NCBI GenBank assembly: GCA_964386355.1
Contig: CAYLQQ010000006.1
Span: 2,088-66,087 of the forward strand
Direction of reading: 5' to 3'
Source: an uncultured Pseudomonadales bacterium
Lineage (GTDB): Bacteria; Patescibacteriota; Microgenomatia; UBA1400; UBA1449
DNA: 64,000 nucleotides
How positions within the stretch are numbered: the first letter of the stretch is position 1; every line of letters starts with the position of its first letter. Below, piece after piece: positions 27,726 through 36,995 of the stretch. Position numbers and translations under genes: made by a program. The notes beneath the pieces were generated by a model. That model had not been told where the DNA came from. It worked only from the letters and a program-made list of their open reading frames with translations, and made no database searches.

Positions 27726-28800
27726 AGGTTTTATATCTCTGTAACCGCTTTGGTATAATAGGTTTTTTATATTCCGTAATTTTATCGATATCCTGCAACC
27801 CAATTTTACCAGCAAACAGTTTATTTACATCTCTACCTTCATCTACATATTTTTTAACCTCAAGCATACCCTCATAGTACATAGCTTCTTTGGTAAACAA
27901 ACCGGGTTTTGATGTGTCAGATATTCCGCGCTTAAGCCTAAAGGCACGTCGGAATGCTAATTTTTTACTTAATCCATATGTAATCAGCATTTCGTACACA
28001 AGTCTGAAACCTTCTGTTTTAGCTAATCTACCTGCTAGGTACTTGGCCGCGTGTTTTTTACGGCTGTATGGTCCATTCTCAGAACAATAATCTTCAAGAA
28101 AACTAGCCAAACCCTCTTCAGTTTTTAGATAAAAAGGAAATTGTCTGCCAAGATACCCTGATTGCGTGTGCATATTGATTGCTCTCACGAGATGGCCGTC
28201 TATTTCATGAGCTATGGTCGCTTCCGGATGATACTCAGCAAAGTTAATGCTAATATAGATTTTTTTAAATCGAGGCTGAATTTTGACTGCAAAATCAGTA
28301 CGACTACTTTTTTCTACAGTCCAATCGCTAATCTGATACTCATCCAGAAGGTACCTATAAATGATATTCACAATATCATCCGCATTAGTGATATCTCTGT
28401 TTATTGGTGTTGGCTCATTTTGACTGTCTTTTTCAGCCATTACAAGGTAAATATCCTCGAACGTGCATGGGTATAATGCTTGCACAGCAGTAAAATACTG
28501 TTCTGATCCTCTATACAGACTCATGTTCAGTTTGCACTTTAATTCCTCTACAACTCTAGCTAAATAATACTGTTCTAATTCATTATCTGATTGAACTTTT
28601 GCCATATGTTCAAGTTTATCCAGTAATACTTGTAACTCTTGTTTTGGAATTTCCGGATAGACAAATAGGGGGTTACTTATTTTGTTTAGTAAAAATAGCT
28701 CCTTTTGTTCATCGTAGTTAAGAGGCATAAACCATTGAGAGGTATGTAAAAAGTTTTTTACTTTGCTGATAAGTTGTGATATTTCATTAACTGAGTTCAT
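27718..28800 (-). CDS. DUF1704 family metallo-carboxypeptidase-like protein
   Basis: HEIDGH (HExxxH), TEEGLA, RLKRG..DTS.PG.FTK..MY..G. Confidence 0.75.
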   Translation of the reverse strand: MNSVNEISQLISKVKNFLHTSQWFMPLNYDEQKELFLLNKISNPLFVYPEIPKQELQVLLDKLEHMAKVQSDNELEQYYLARVVEELKCKLNMSLYRGSEQYFTAVQALYPCTFEDIYLVMAEKDSQNEPTPINRDITNADDIVNIIYRYLLDEYQISDWTVEKSSRTDFAVKIQPRFKKIYISINFAEYHPEATIAHEIDGHLVRAINMHTQSGYLGRQFPFYLKTEEGLASFLEDYCSENGPYSRKKHAAKYLAGRLAKTEGFRLVYEMLITYGLSKKLAFRRAFRLKRGISDTSKPGLFTKEAMYYEGMLEVKKYVDEGRDVNKLFAGKIGLQDIDKITEYKKPIIPKRLQRYKTYA

Positions 28801-29330
28801 ATTCGTGATTTTATTCCAATAATTAAATTTTGAAAGCTTTTATCTTGATCATCAATCTTGCCAATAATATGTTGGAAAAATCCCCTCACCAACTCATTAA
28901 CTGCTTCCTGATAAGATAAGCCTCTGCTTTGCAGATAAAAAAGTTGTTCCTGGTCTATTTGTCCAACCGAAGCCGCGTGTGAGGCTTTGACATCATCAGT
29001 AAGAATCTCGAGTCCCGGCCTCACATCTGCTCTAGCTTTATCTCCTATCAATAGCACTTTCTGGTCCAAAAAGGCATTACTTCCTTGTGCCTGTTTGCCA
29101 ATCCTGATCATACCTTCGATCCGTGCTTTTGCCTGATCAAAAAGAACACCTCTCACAATCGCATTTGACTCGGTGTTCTTAAGGGTGTGATCGGATAGTG
29201 TAGATAGGTCAAATGTATCCTGACCTCTGCCCACAAAAAACACAAACAGCTCATGGTTTTGCCCTGGATCAGTTATATCCAACTTAACTTGCTGTGGTTG
29301 GTTTGGTTTGAGAAAAACTACTTTTTGCAT
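28797..29330 (-). CDS. sufD: Short SufD-like protein
   Basis: PGLEILTDDVKASHAASVGQIDQEQLFYLQSRGL. Confidence 0.85.
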   Translation of the reverse strand: MQKVVFLKPNQPQQVKLDITDPGQNHELFVFFVGRGQDTFDLSTLSDHTLKNTESNAIVRGVLFDQAKARIEGMIRIGKQAQGSNAFLDQKVLLIGDKARADVRPGLEILTDDVKASHAASVGQIDQEQLFYLQSRGLSYQEAVNELVRGFFQHIIGKIDDQDKSFQNLIIGIKSRI

Positions 29331-29384
29331 AAATGAATGGGAGAATTCAGTTCGCCCCTACAAACAACTAACAGCCAATAATTA

Positions 29385-30812
29385 TCAGCCTACCGACCCC
29401 TCCATCTCCAATTCAATCAATCTGTTCAATTCTATTGCATATTCCATTGGTAATTGCCTCACGATCGGCTCCAGAAACCCTGCTACTATTACTGCATTTG
29501 CCTGTTCTTCTGACAAACCTCGACTCATGAGGTAAAACAGCTGCTCTTCACCTACTTTTGCTACGGTTGCTTCATGTTCTAAAGTAGCTGTATTGTTTAA
29601 TATTTTGTTTGTGGGATATGTATCACTCCGGCTTTGGGGATCTAACAAAAGAGCATCGCAGACAACCTTACTCCGACAATTTGTAGCTGTAGGAGATATT
29701 GATACCAAGCCCCGGTAACTTGCCCTACCTCCACCTTTTGAAACGGACTTTGACACAATCTGGCTTGTGGTATGAGGAGAAAGGTGGATCATCTTAGCCC
29801 CGCTATCAAGCTGCTGATCTTCCTTGGCAAAGGCAATTGAAAGCATTTCTCCATGTGCCCCAGAGCCCGCAAGAATACAAGCCGGATATTTCATCGTCAC
29901 CTTAGAACCCAGATTGCCATCAACCCAGAACATTTTCGCGTTGGATTCAACTCGCGCCCGTTTGGTTACCAGGTTATATACATTGGTATACCAATTCTGA
30001 ATAGTTGTGTACTGACACAAAGCTTCCTCTTTGACAATCACTTCAACCACTGCTGCATGTAATGAACCTTCTGAATAGGCTGGAGCACTGCAGCCCTCAA
30101 CATAGTGAACCTTTGCACTCTTTTCGACAATGATCAGGGTTCTCTCAAACTGGCCTGCATGATTGGAATTAATGCGAAAATATGCCTGTAATGGCAGCTC
30201 AACCTCAACTCCGCTTGGTACATATAAAAATGATCCACCTGACCAGACAGCAGTATTTAAGGCTGCAAATTTGTTATCATTAAGGCCTACTACTGTCCCA
30301 AAGTACTGTTTAACAAGCTCAGGATACTGCTTGAGACCCTCATCCATACTCAGAAAAATAACCCCTTGATCTGATAATTGTTTTTGTAAAGAGCCATAGA
30401 TAACCTCAGAGTCATACTGTGATTTAACACCTGCTAGATATTTGCGTTCAGCCTCCGGAATACCAAGTTTTTCAAAAGTTTCTTTGATTTGGTCAGGCAC
30501 TTCTTCCCATTTTCGTTCCTGTTTATCCATCGGTTTGAGGTAATAATAAATCTCGTCAAAATTAATTTCCGAAAGGTCTGCTCCCCAGTTTGGCATTGGC
30601 CGTTTGATAAATTCCTCATATGCTTTCAAACGTATTTCCAGCATCCATTGAGGCTCACATTTCTGTTTTGATATTGCCAAAACGATATCTTTTGAAAGGC
30701 CTTTGGGAGTTTTGTACGTATACGAAGGCTTATCGGACCAACCGTAACGGTAACCCTTATTATCAAGTAAGTTCTCATCGGTACTCGTTTTAATAGGAGC
30801 AAATCTGGACAC
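29385..30812 (-). CDS. sufB: Fe-S cluster assembly protein SufB
   Basis: QYDSEVIY, GQFERTLII, EGCSAP, EHEATV, FYLMSRGL. Confidence 0.97.
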   Translation of the reverse strand: MSRFAPIKTSTDENLLDNKGYRYGWSDKPSYTYKTPKGLSKDIVLAISKQKCEPQWMLEIRLKAYEEFIKRPMPNWGADLSEINFDEIYYYLKPMDKQERKWEEVPDQIKETFEKLGIPEAERKYLAGVKSQYDSEVIYGSLQKQLSDQGVIFLSMDEGLKQYPELVKQYFGTVVGLNDNKFAALNTAVWSGGSFLYVPSGVEVELPLQAYFRINSNHAGQFERTLIIVEKSAKVHYVEGCSAPAYSEGSLHAAVVEVIVKEEALCQYTTIQNWYTNVYNLVTKRARVESNAKMFWVDGNLGSKVTMKYPACILAGSGAHGEMLSIAFAKEDQQLDSGAKMIHLSPHTTSQIVSKSVSKGGGRASYRGLVSISPTATNCRSKVVCDALLLDPQSRSDTYPTNKILNNTATLEHEATVAKVGEEQLFYLMSRGLSEEQANAVIVAGFLEPIVRQLPMEYAIELNRLIELEMEGSVG

Positions 30813-30818
30813 TTGTAT

Positions 30819-30899
30819 TGTTATACTGAACTTGACTCAGCATCCCCTTGAAAGTATGAGGACCCTGAATCTTGAGTTATACTCACGTTCAGGATGACA
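30819..30899. repeat. REP-like double-hairpin element overlapping the sufC stop codon
   Basis: TGTTATACTGAACTTGACTCAGCATC ... GACCCTGAA...TTCAGGATGACA. Confidence 0.6.
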
Positions 30900-31635
30900 G
30901 TGTATATTTTTTATACCCTTCCTTCTCTACCTGTTCTAAAAGTTCTTCTTTTCCTGTAGCTACGATCCTTCCATCAATCATTACATGAATTGAATTATAT
31001 GAAAGATATTTTAGTAATCTCTGGTAGTGGGTGATGATCAATGCTCCCATACCAAACTCATCCACGCTTTTTTGAATAGCTAAAGCAACAGACTTCAATG
31101 CATCCACATCCAACCCAGAGTCGATCTCATCAATAACAGCAAATTTTGGCTTAAATAAACGCAATTGAAGCATCTCAAACCGTTTACGTTCTCCACCAGA
31201 AAAGCCATCATTGACACTTCTTTGCAAGAGTTCAGGCTTGAGCCCAATATCCTGTGCTTCTTTTTCTACCAGATTTTTAAACTCGAATAGGGCCAGGTCT
31301 TGGCTGGGACATAGGTTTTTATGTGCTGTTCGTAAAAAGGACATAACGGATACTCCATCCAAACGCTGCGGATTTTGAAATGCGAGAAATAAGCCTGCCT
31401 TTGCTCTCTCATCCGGTGTCATTTCTAACACATCACTGTTTCCTATTTTGATTTTTGACTTTGGATTTTGGATTTTATAACTTGGGTGTCCTGCTAGTGT
31501 GTAGGCCAAAGTTGACTTGCCTGACCCATTAGGACCTAACACCACATGGATCTCACCAGGTTTAATCTCAAGGTCTAGACCTTTAATAATTTGTTTTTCG
31601 TTAATTGAAACGTAGAGGTTTTGTATGTGAAGCAT
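30889..31635 (-). CDS. sufC: Fe-S cluster assembly ATPase SufC
   Basis: GPNGSGKST, GFSGGERKR, DEIDSGLDVD, ITHYQRLL. Confidence 0.96.
   Translation of the reverse strand: MLHIQNLYVSINEKQIIKGLDLEIKPGEIHVVLGPNGSGKSTLAYTLAGHPSYKIQNPKSKIKIGNSDVLEMTPDERAKAGLFLAFQNPQRLDGVSVMSFLRTAHKNLCPSQDLALFEFKNLVEKEAQDIGLKPELLQRSVNDGFSGGERKRFEMLQLRLFKPKFAVIDEIDSGLDVDALKSVALAIQKSVDEFGMGALIITHYQRLLKYLSYNSIHVMIDGRIVATGKEELLEQVEKEGYKKYTLSS
31448..31475. repeat. 4 x 7-nt tandem repeat in frame inside sufC
   Basis: TTGATTT TTGACTT TGGATTT TGGATTT, encoding KIQNPKSKIK. Confidence 0.8.
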
Positions 31636-31753
31636 CAATTTTAAATTTACAATTACCAATTTTTAATGAATGTATTAATAGTCAACTGTCCAATATTTGA
31701 AGGTTATGACATTAATAAATTGATTGGATAATAATAGTTGATCATTATACCTT

Positions 31754-32149
31754 TTATAAAATGTCGCTAATCTTATACTTTCCCAACACTCCTGACACCT
31801 CATCCTGGATCCTATCCCACTTATGTTTATTCTCACATTTCATTTCGCAACCACAGCTACAACCTCTTTGACAGTCGACTAAGCCCACCTGGCCATCTAC
31901 TGCTTCTATCATGTTTTTTAGACTCACTGAGTCTAAGGTTTTATTGAGAAAGTATCCACCGCCCTTACCTTCTTTGGCATCAATTAATCCAGCATGTTTT
32001 AGATCCACTGCTATTTGAGATAAAAACCGATAGGGCAAGTGCATCAAACTACTGATAGTACGAATGGAAAGATATGTTCCCGTATCCTGCTGGCCTAAAA
32101 ATGCAAGCAAACTGAGGGCATATTTTGATTTTTGGGATAACTGTAACAT
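31754..32149 (-). CDS. Rrf2 family Fe-S-sensing regulator heading the SUF operon
   Basis: SKYAL, LKHAGLI...GKGGGYFL, Cys cluster CQRGCSCGCEMKC. Confidence 0.9.
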   Translation of the reverse strand: MLQLSQKSKYALSLLAFLGQQDTGTYLSIRTISSLMHLPYRFLSQIAVDLKHAGLIDAKEGKGGGYFLNKTLDSVSLKNMIEAVDGQVGLVDCQRGCSCGCEMKCENKHKWDRIQDEVSGVLGKYKISDIL

Positions 32150-32328
32150 GTTCGTTTATTATCCTATTAAGGTTTTAGCATAAAATATTTTTACCATTCC
32201 AAAATAGAATATTTCTATCTATTAATTATACCACTATTCTCGCTGTGCTGTGATACGAGATTAATACAAAAAAAGCGAGAATATCCATGTATCTTTGAAT
32301 ATCCTCGCTCAACAATACAATAAAAGCG

Positions 32329-33069
32329 TTATTTAAGCTCAAACACCACTGTTACAGATGCAGTTACTTCCGTACTACCTGGTTCAACTGGAGCACCACC
32401 ACCCATTCCCATAGCTCTGTCAAACATAGGATACACACCTCCTGATGTACCCCCTTCACTGATACTGATCACCTTGCCCAAACTGCGACCAGTTCCGCCA
32501 ATCATCAGCTCTGCTTTTTTACGGGCATTTTCAACAGCTTGAGATAAGAGCTGGGAACGAACATCATTGGTATCTTCCATAGTAAAACTGGGTCCATACA
32601 CATTAGTAGCTCCACTATTGGTCAATAGATCGGTAAGAGCTGATGCTTTCTCGATATCACGAAGCTTAATAGTAATACTGTTGTTGACTCTCCACTGTCC
32701 CGGTCTGGAACGCTGGGCTCCTTCTGAACTATACATTTCCTGCTCCTGGAAAACACTCAAGTTTTGGGTTTGGATATCAGCTGCATCGATCCCGAATCCC
32801 TTAACTGCCATGATTAATGCCTCAACCTTGGTGTTTACATCTGCTACTGCTTTGGCTTTATCATCATCAACCGCATCCACACCAGCCGTAAACGTAGCCA
32901 CCTGATTTTTTTCGCTCGATTGCGCTTCACCAGAAACAACAATTGTATTTGTAGGCATTGTTTTGACAGTTCCCCAGGTAATATTACCCAGCGGTAAAAA
33001 TAATCCCGCAGTAATAAGAATTGCAACTACTATAAGCAAACTGGCGACAACTTGAATAAGGGTTTTCAT
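32329..33069 (-). CDS. SIMPL (DUF541) domain protein
   Basis: IVVSGEA, DIQTQNLSV, AVENARKKAE, GKVISISE, VTVVFEL; AGGAGG Shine-Dalgarno. Confidence 0.9.
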   Translation of the reverse strand: MKTLIQVVASLLIVVAILITAGLFLPLGNITWGTVKTMPTNTIVVSGEAQSSEKNQVATFTAGVDAVDDDKAKAVADVNTKVEALIMAVKGFGIDAADIQTQNLSVFQEQEMYSSEGAQRSRPGQWRVNNSITIKLRDIEKASALTDLLTNSGATNVYGPSFTMEDTNDVRSQLLSQAVENARKKAELMIGGTGRSLGKVISISEGGTSGGVYPMFDRAMGMGGGAPVEPGSTEVTASVTVVFELK

Positions 33070-33342
33070 AGTAACCTCCTAAAAGTAAACTGAATATGGT
33101 CACTAGTATAACACGAATATATATACTAAAAAATAAAATGAAGAAGTGGATAAAACCAATCTATCCTACAGCTACTTTTTCCAGTATCTGTAGGTTATTT
33201 TATAGATTGGTTGTCTCACCGTGACTGCATTATAACAGTGAATTGTAAGAGTTCAACAGCATTCCAATGCTTATACATATTGTTTACATAAATTAGAAAA
33301 CCGTGATAATCTATTTTTATTGGTAAAAATGAAAAAGATAGA

Positions 33343-33906
33343 CTATCTCAATTTTTTCCGCAGTATTTGCGCAATCAGGTTCCGCCATAGGTAACAGCCG
33401 ATACTGCTAACGATGCCGCCTAATACATATCCTGCCAATACATCTAGAGGATAATGGTGTCCCATATAAATTCTGTTGTGCCCAACCAATAGTACTAAAA
33501 TAGCAAGACTATACTTAACTTTCCTGTTTTTTGAAAAGATAAAAAACGGCACAGTAAACGCCATAACACTAGCGGCATGCCCAGAGGGAAATGAGTAATC
33601 AGACAATAGATCATACACAATAGTAATTGGCTCTATCTTTTGCAAAGGTCGTTCACGCTGAAATACAGGCTTCAGTAAAAACTGGTTTATCGTTGCTGTT
33701 AGAGCAAGTAGCACAAGTGCCAATGGACCAATAAAGCGCTCATTTTTTTTAGACCGTATCCAGAACAAGCCCGCAAACACAACAAGAATTAAACCCAAGT
33801 ACTGCCATATAAACAGAGCTAAAGCATCAAAAATAGGGTAATGGGGCAACTGGTTGATCATCGAGAATAAACTGTGGTCAAAAGTTCGCAGGTAGTTAAT
33901 AATCAT
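33343..33906 (-). CDS. PAP2 family phosphatase (undecaprenyl-pyrophosphate phosphatase-like)
   Basis: K...QRERP, SFPSGH, RIYMGHHYPLDV. Confidence 0.9.
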   Translation of the reverse strand: MIINYLRTFDHSLFSMINQLPHYPIFDALALFIWQYLGLILVVFAGLFWIRSKKNERFIGPLALVLLALTATINQFLLKPVFQRERPLQKIEPITIVYDLLSDYSFPSGHAASVMAFTVPFFIFSKNRKVKYSLAILVLLVGHNRIYMGHHYPLDVLAGYVLGGIVSSIGCYLWRNLIAQILRKKLR

Positions 33907-33945
33907 GCCTCCACTATAGCAAAGAGGGGTAGGTTTATTGAATAT

Positions 33946-35061
33946 TTATTTATTTTCTTTACCACCCACCACAAAACAAGCCAGAAAGGTTGTAATCGGA
34001 ACTGCCAGCATCAGACCAATTGAACCAACTAAAGTTTTGACAATTTCTTCAGCTACCATTTCATAGTTGATAATTTCATTAAATGTTTTTGAATTATCTA
34101 AAAATAAAAGTAGGAGAGGCAAAAAGCCGCCTGCGTATACCAGAACAAGGGTATTGACCATAGAACTGATGTGATCCTGGCCAACTTTCATCGCCTGAGC
34201 ATAGAGCTGCTTGATATCGATTTGCTGAGCTGCTTCCCGGATAGCAAATACCACAGATGCCTGAGAAATGGTGATATCATCCAAAATTCCAACAGCTCCA
34301 ATTATTATGCCTGCCAGAAGTAAACCCCCTACATTGATCTGGCCTTGGCTCATGTTTTGTAAAAAGAGCGCATCTTCTGATGAGAAACCAGTCAGTCTTG
34401 TTAGGTTGGTAAAAACCTGAGCTAAAACGACCGTGACCACCAATGCAATATACGTACCAACCATGGCGATAGTAGTTTTTTTATTAAACCCATGTGACAT
34501 ATAGAAAGTCACTGGCACCATGAACAAAGCTCCTAATAAAGATACAAGCATGGGTGAACGCCCTGCCAGAAGCTGCGGCAATATTACGGTAAATATGATG
34601 AGGAAGGAAACCACCATACCGATAATGGATTGGATACCCCTGCGTTTGCCGATAGCAACAGCTACCGCCACAAACAGTCCAAATAGTATATAGAGCTTAT
34701 CCCTGCGGACAAAATCAACTACATACCATTGCTTTGACCCGTCCGACATGGGAGTAAAATCTAAAAGAACCTTATCTCCCATTCTATATATAGTTTGCTT
34801 TACGGTAGGTATGATTCCATTTTCCACCTCGATCATTTCACCCTGTAAAGAACGACTTTCGATCAGAACGGAAAATCTTTGATACTGCTGACTTAGATCA
34901 TTGACCTCAATAGTCTTTTCCTCTCTTATTTCCGAAATGCGTCCCTCATACACTTCATGTCTTTCCTGAGCATGTATAGCTGTATTAAAAAAGATTAACA
35001 TTGTTAAAACTAGTCCAAATTTGGCAAGGTAGTGGAAAATAAATAATTGAAGAGATCTCAT
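33946..35061 (-). CDS. YibE/F family membrane protein
   Basis: GIIIGAVGILDDITISQAS, VGQDHISSMVNTLVLVYAG, VPITT. Confidence 0.9.
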   Translation of the reverse strand: MRSLQLFIFHYLAKFGLVLTMLIFFNTAIHAQERHEVYEGRISEIREEKTIEVNDLSQQYQRFSVLIESRSLQGEMIEVENGIIPTVKQTIYRMGDKVLLDFTPMSDGSKQWYVVDFVRRDKLYILFGLFVAVAVAIGKRRGIQSIIGMVVSFLIIFTVILPQLLAGRSPMLVSLLGALFMVPVTFYMSHGFNKKTTIAMVGTYIALVVTVVLAQVFTNLTRLTGFSSEDALFLQNMSQGQINVGGLLLAGIIIGAVGILDDITISQASVVFAIREAAQQIDIKQLYAQAMKVGQDHISSMVNTLVLVYAGGFLPLLLLFLDNSKTFNEIINYEMVAEEIVKTLVGSIGLMLAVPITTFLACFVVGGKENK

Positions 35062-35115
35062 AGTACCTCATTATACTGATGCGGAAATTATGAGTCTATG
35101 AGGATTTTGTGGCTC

Positions 35116-35143
35116 TGGACAGCACATGGCGAGTTGCTATAAT
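35116..35143 (+). promoter_or_regulatory. Sigma70-type promoter with no adjacent sense gene
   Basis: TGGACA-16 nt-TATAAT with extended TGn. Confidence 0.5.
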
Positions 35144-35149
35144 CGGCTC

Positions 35150-35197
35150 TAATATCCCTGCTTTACTCTCTTACCAGATAACGCAGGGATGTTTTTT
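35150..35197 (+). ncRNA. Candidate ~45-nt hairpin small RNA
   Basis: ATCCCTGC/GCAGGGAT stem, ~21-nt pyrimidine-rich loop and T6 tail, just after the promoter. Confidence 0.3.
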
Positions 35198-35753
35198 ATT
35201 CTTTTCCTAGATGAAATTCACCTATTCTTTTATACCGTACTCCCTGTGAATCAAGTATCGACTCATACAGTACTATCTCCTCAACCGGTATTTCAAACTC
35301 ACATAGGATAGGTTGCTTGCCTTTGAGGCTATGCGGTTTGTAGCGGAAGCGGGCTAAAGTTATATGAGGAATGAGTTCATGGGTATTATCTTCCTTTACT
35401 GACTCTTTGAGCATAAATGCTATAGAATCATAAATTTTTTGAGATAAAACTTCATATATATTATTCTTCTGACAAAAACTCCAAATCATCGTCGGCCTGC
35501 GTTTGGGAGGCCCAAAACTAAGCTCTTGCCCTAAAAGCATAAATGGTTCAGTCTGAGTAATTACTAAACGTACTTTTTCCTGCAAAAAGGGAATACGAGC
35601 CTCATGAAGTTCGCCTAAGAAAAATACGGTCACATGCCAGTTCTCAGGAGGCACAACTCTTACACCATCATCCAACCATGGAAGCAAACATCTCTTAATT
35701 TGGTGCTGGATGTGGTCGGGAACCGGGATAGCTAAAAACAGACGCTTATACAT
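35196..35753 (-). CDS. thpR: RNA 2',3'-cyclic phosphodiesterase (2H family)
   Basis: RLFLAI, HVTV and HITLAR motifs, LYESIL. Confidence 0.9.
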   Translation of the reverse strand: MYKRLFLAIPVPDHIQHQIKRCLLPWLDDGVRVVPPENWHVTVFFLGELHEARIPFLQEKVRLVITQTEPFMLLGQELSFGPPKRRPTMIWSFCQKNNIYEVLSQKIYDSIAFMLKESVKEDNTHELIPHITLARFRYKPHSLKGKQPILCEFEIPVEEIVLYESILDSQGVRYKRIGEFHLGKE

Positions 35754-35806
35754 ACACTCGTTTGAGTATAACAAAAAATAATAGATTGGCTTAAAATATA
35801 GGGTAT

Positions 35807-36949
35807 ATGGTCATAAAGCGACTAATTGTATTTATATTTTGTTTAGGATGGGTATTACTCTGCCTCTACTCTTTTTCCCAAAAGGATCTCAACCTAACTA
35901 TATTTGATCATTATCTGCTCCGGCTGTTTTATGAAAGTATGGTACAGCTGGGATACTATAGTCGCCCCTTATCTACTTTAGTTTTTATCACCCTCTCTGT
36001 TACTCTGTTACTCTGTTACCTATATTTGATATTTAGTAAAAAAATCATATTATCAATCAAGCAAATCAGCATTATACTGGCCATATTGCTCCTCACCAGT
36101 CTACCCGCCCAACCCATGTTTTCCCATGATATCTACAACTACATTTTTAATGCAAAGATGGTTTTACTATATAAAGCCAATCCTCATGAACAAGTTGCTT
36201 TAGATTTCCCCCTTGATCCCTGGTTACGGTTTATGCACAACGTCCATACACCCGCTCCATATGGCTACGGCTGGACAACCCTGTCTCTTATTCCCTATTC
36301 ATTAAGTGGAAACAGTTTTACTAAAGCGTATCTTCTGATGAAGTTGTTTATCTCTCTCCTATTTATAGCTGAGATTTGGGTGTTCTACAAACTGGCTAAG
36401 TCCAGATTTGATCAGCAAGCGGCTCTAAAACGAACCATGTTACTGGCTTTTAATCCTCTACTACTATTAGAAATTTTTATCATCGGACACAATGACAGCG
36501 CTATGATGCTGCCTGTACTTGTATCCCTGTATCTACTTACTACCACATCCACACTGCCAAGTACTCTTTTGGCATGGGTAAGCTGGATATTTTCAGTAAC
36601 AACCAAATATGCATCCGTCGTACTCGCTCCTTTTTTGGTATTACATAAAAAAATAGACATATTTACCTGGGGAGGCTTGGCAATGCTAGCTATTTTATTG
36701 ACCAGAACCGGACAATTGCACTCGTGGTACTTACACTGGGGTATGGTTTTACTGATGCTCTCAAAAAAATCCTGGGCAGTCATGTTGACAATTTTACTTA
36801 CGATCGGGGGATTGTTCCGCTACGCTCCGTATATATGGTTTGGTAATTGGGATGCACCAGTGCCTCTGTGGAGGTGGATGATCCTCATCCCTCCTCTTTT
36901 TATGCTATTATTTAAAAAAATCAGAAAATCATTCGGAAAAATTGGATAA
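35807..36949 (+). CDS. GT-C membrane glycosyltransferase (MptB/GT87-like)
   Basis: FSHDIYNY, NPH, PAPYG, NPL...GHND, WYLHW. Confidence 0.75.
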   Translation: MVIKRLIVFIFCLGWVLLCLYSFSQKDLNLTIFDHYLLRLFYESMVQLGYYSRPLSTLVFITLSVTLLLCYLYLIFSKKIILSIKQISIILAILLLTSLPAQPMFSHDIYNYIFNAKMVLLYKANPHEQVALDFPLDPWLRFMHNVHTPAPYGYGWTTLSLIPYSLSGNSFTKAYLLMKLFISLLFIAEIWVFYKLAKSRFDQQAALKRTMLLAFNPLLLLEIFIIGHNDSAMMLPVLVSLYLLTTTSTLPSTLLAWVSWIFSVTTKYASVVLAPFLVLHKKIDIFTWGGLAMLAILLTRTGQLHSWYLHWGMVLLMLSKKSWAVMLTILLTIGGLFRYAPYIWFGNWDAPVPLWRWMILIPPLFMLLFKKIRKSFGKIG

Positions 36950-36995
36950 AGTATTATGTATCAAGTATTAAGTATAAGAATACTTACTACTTATT

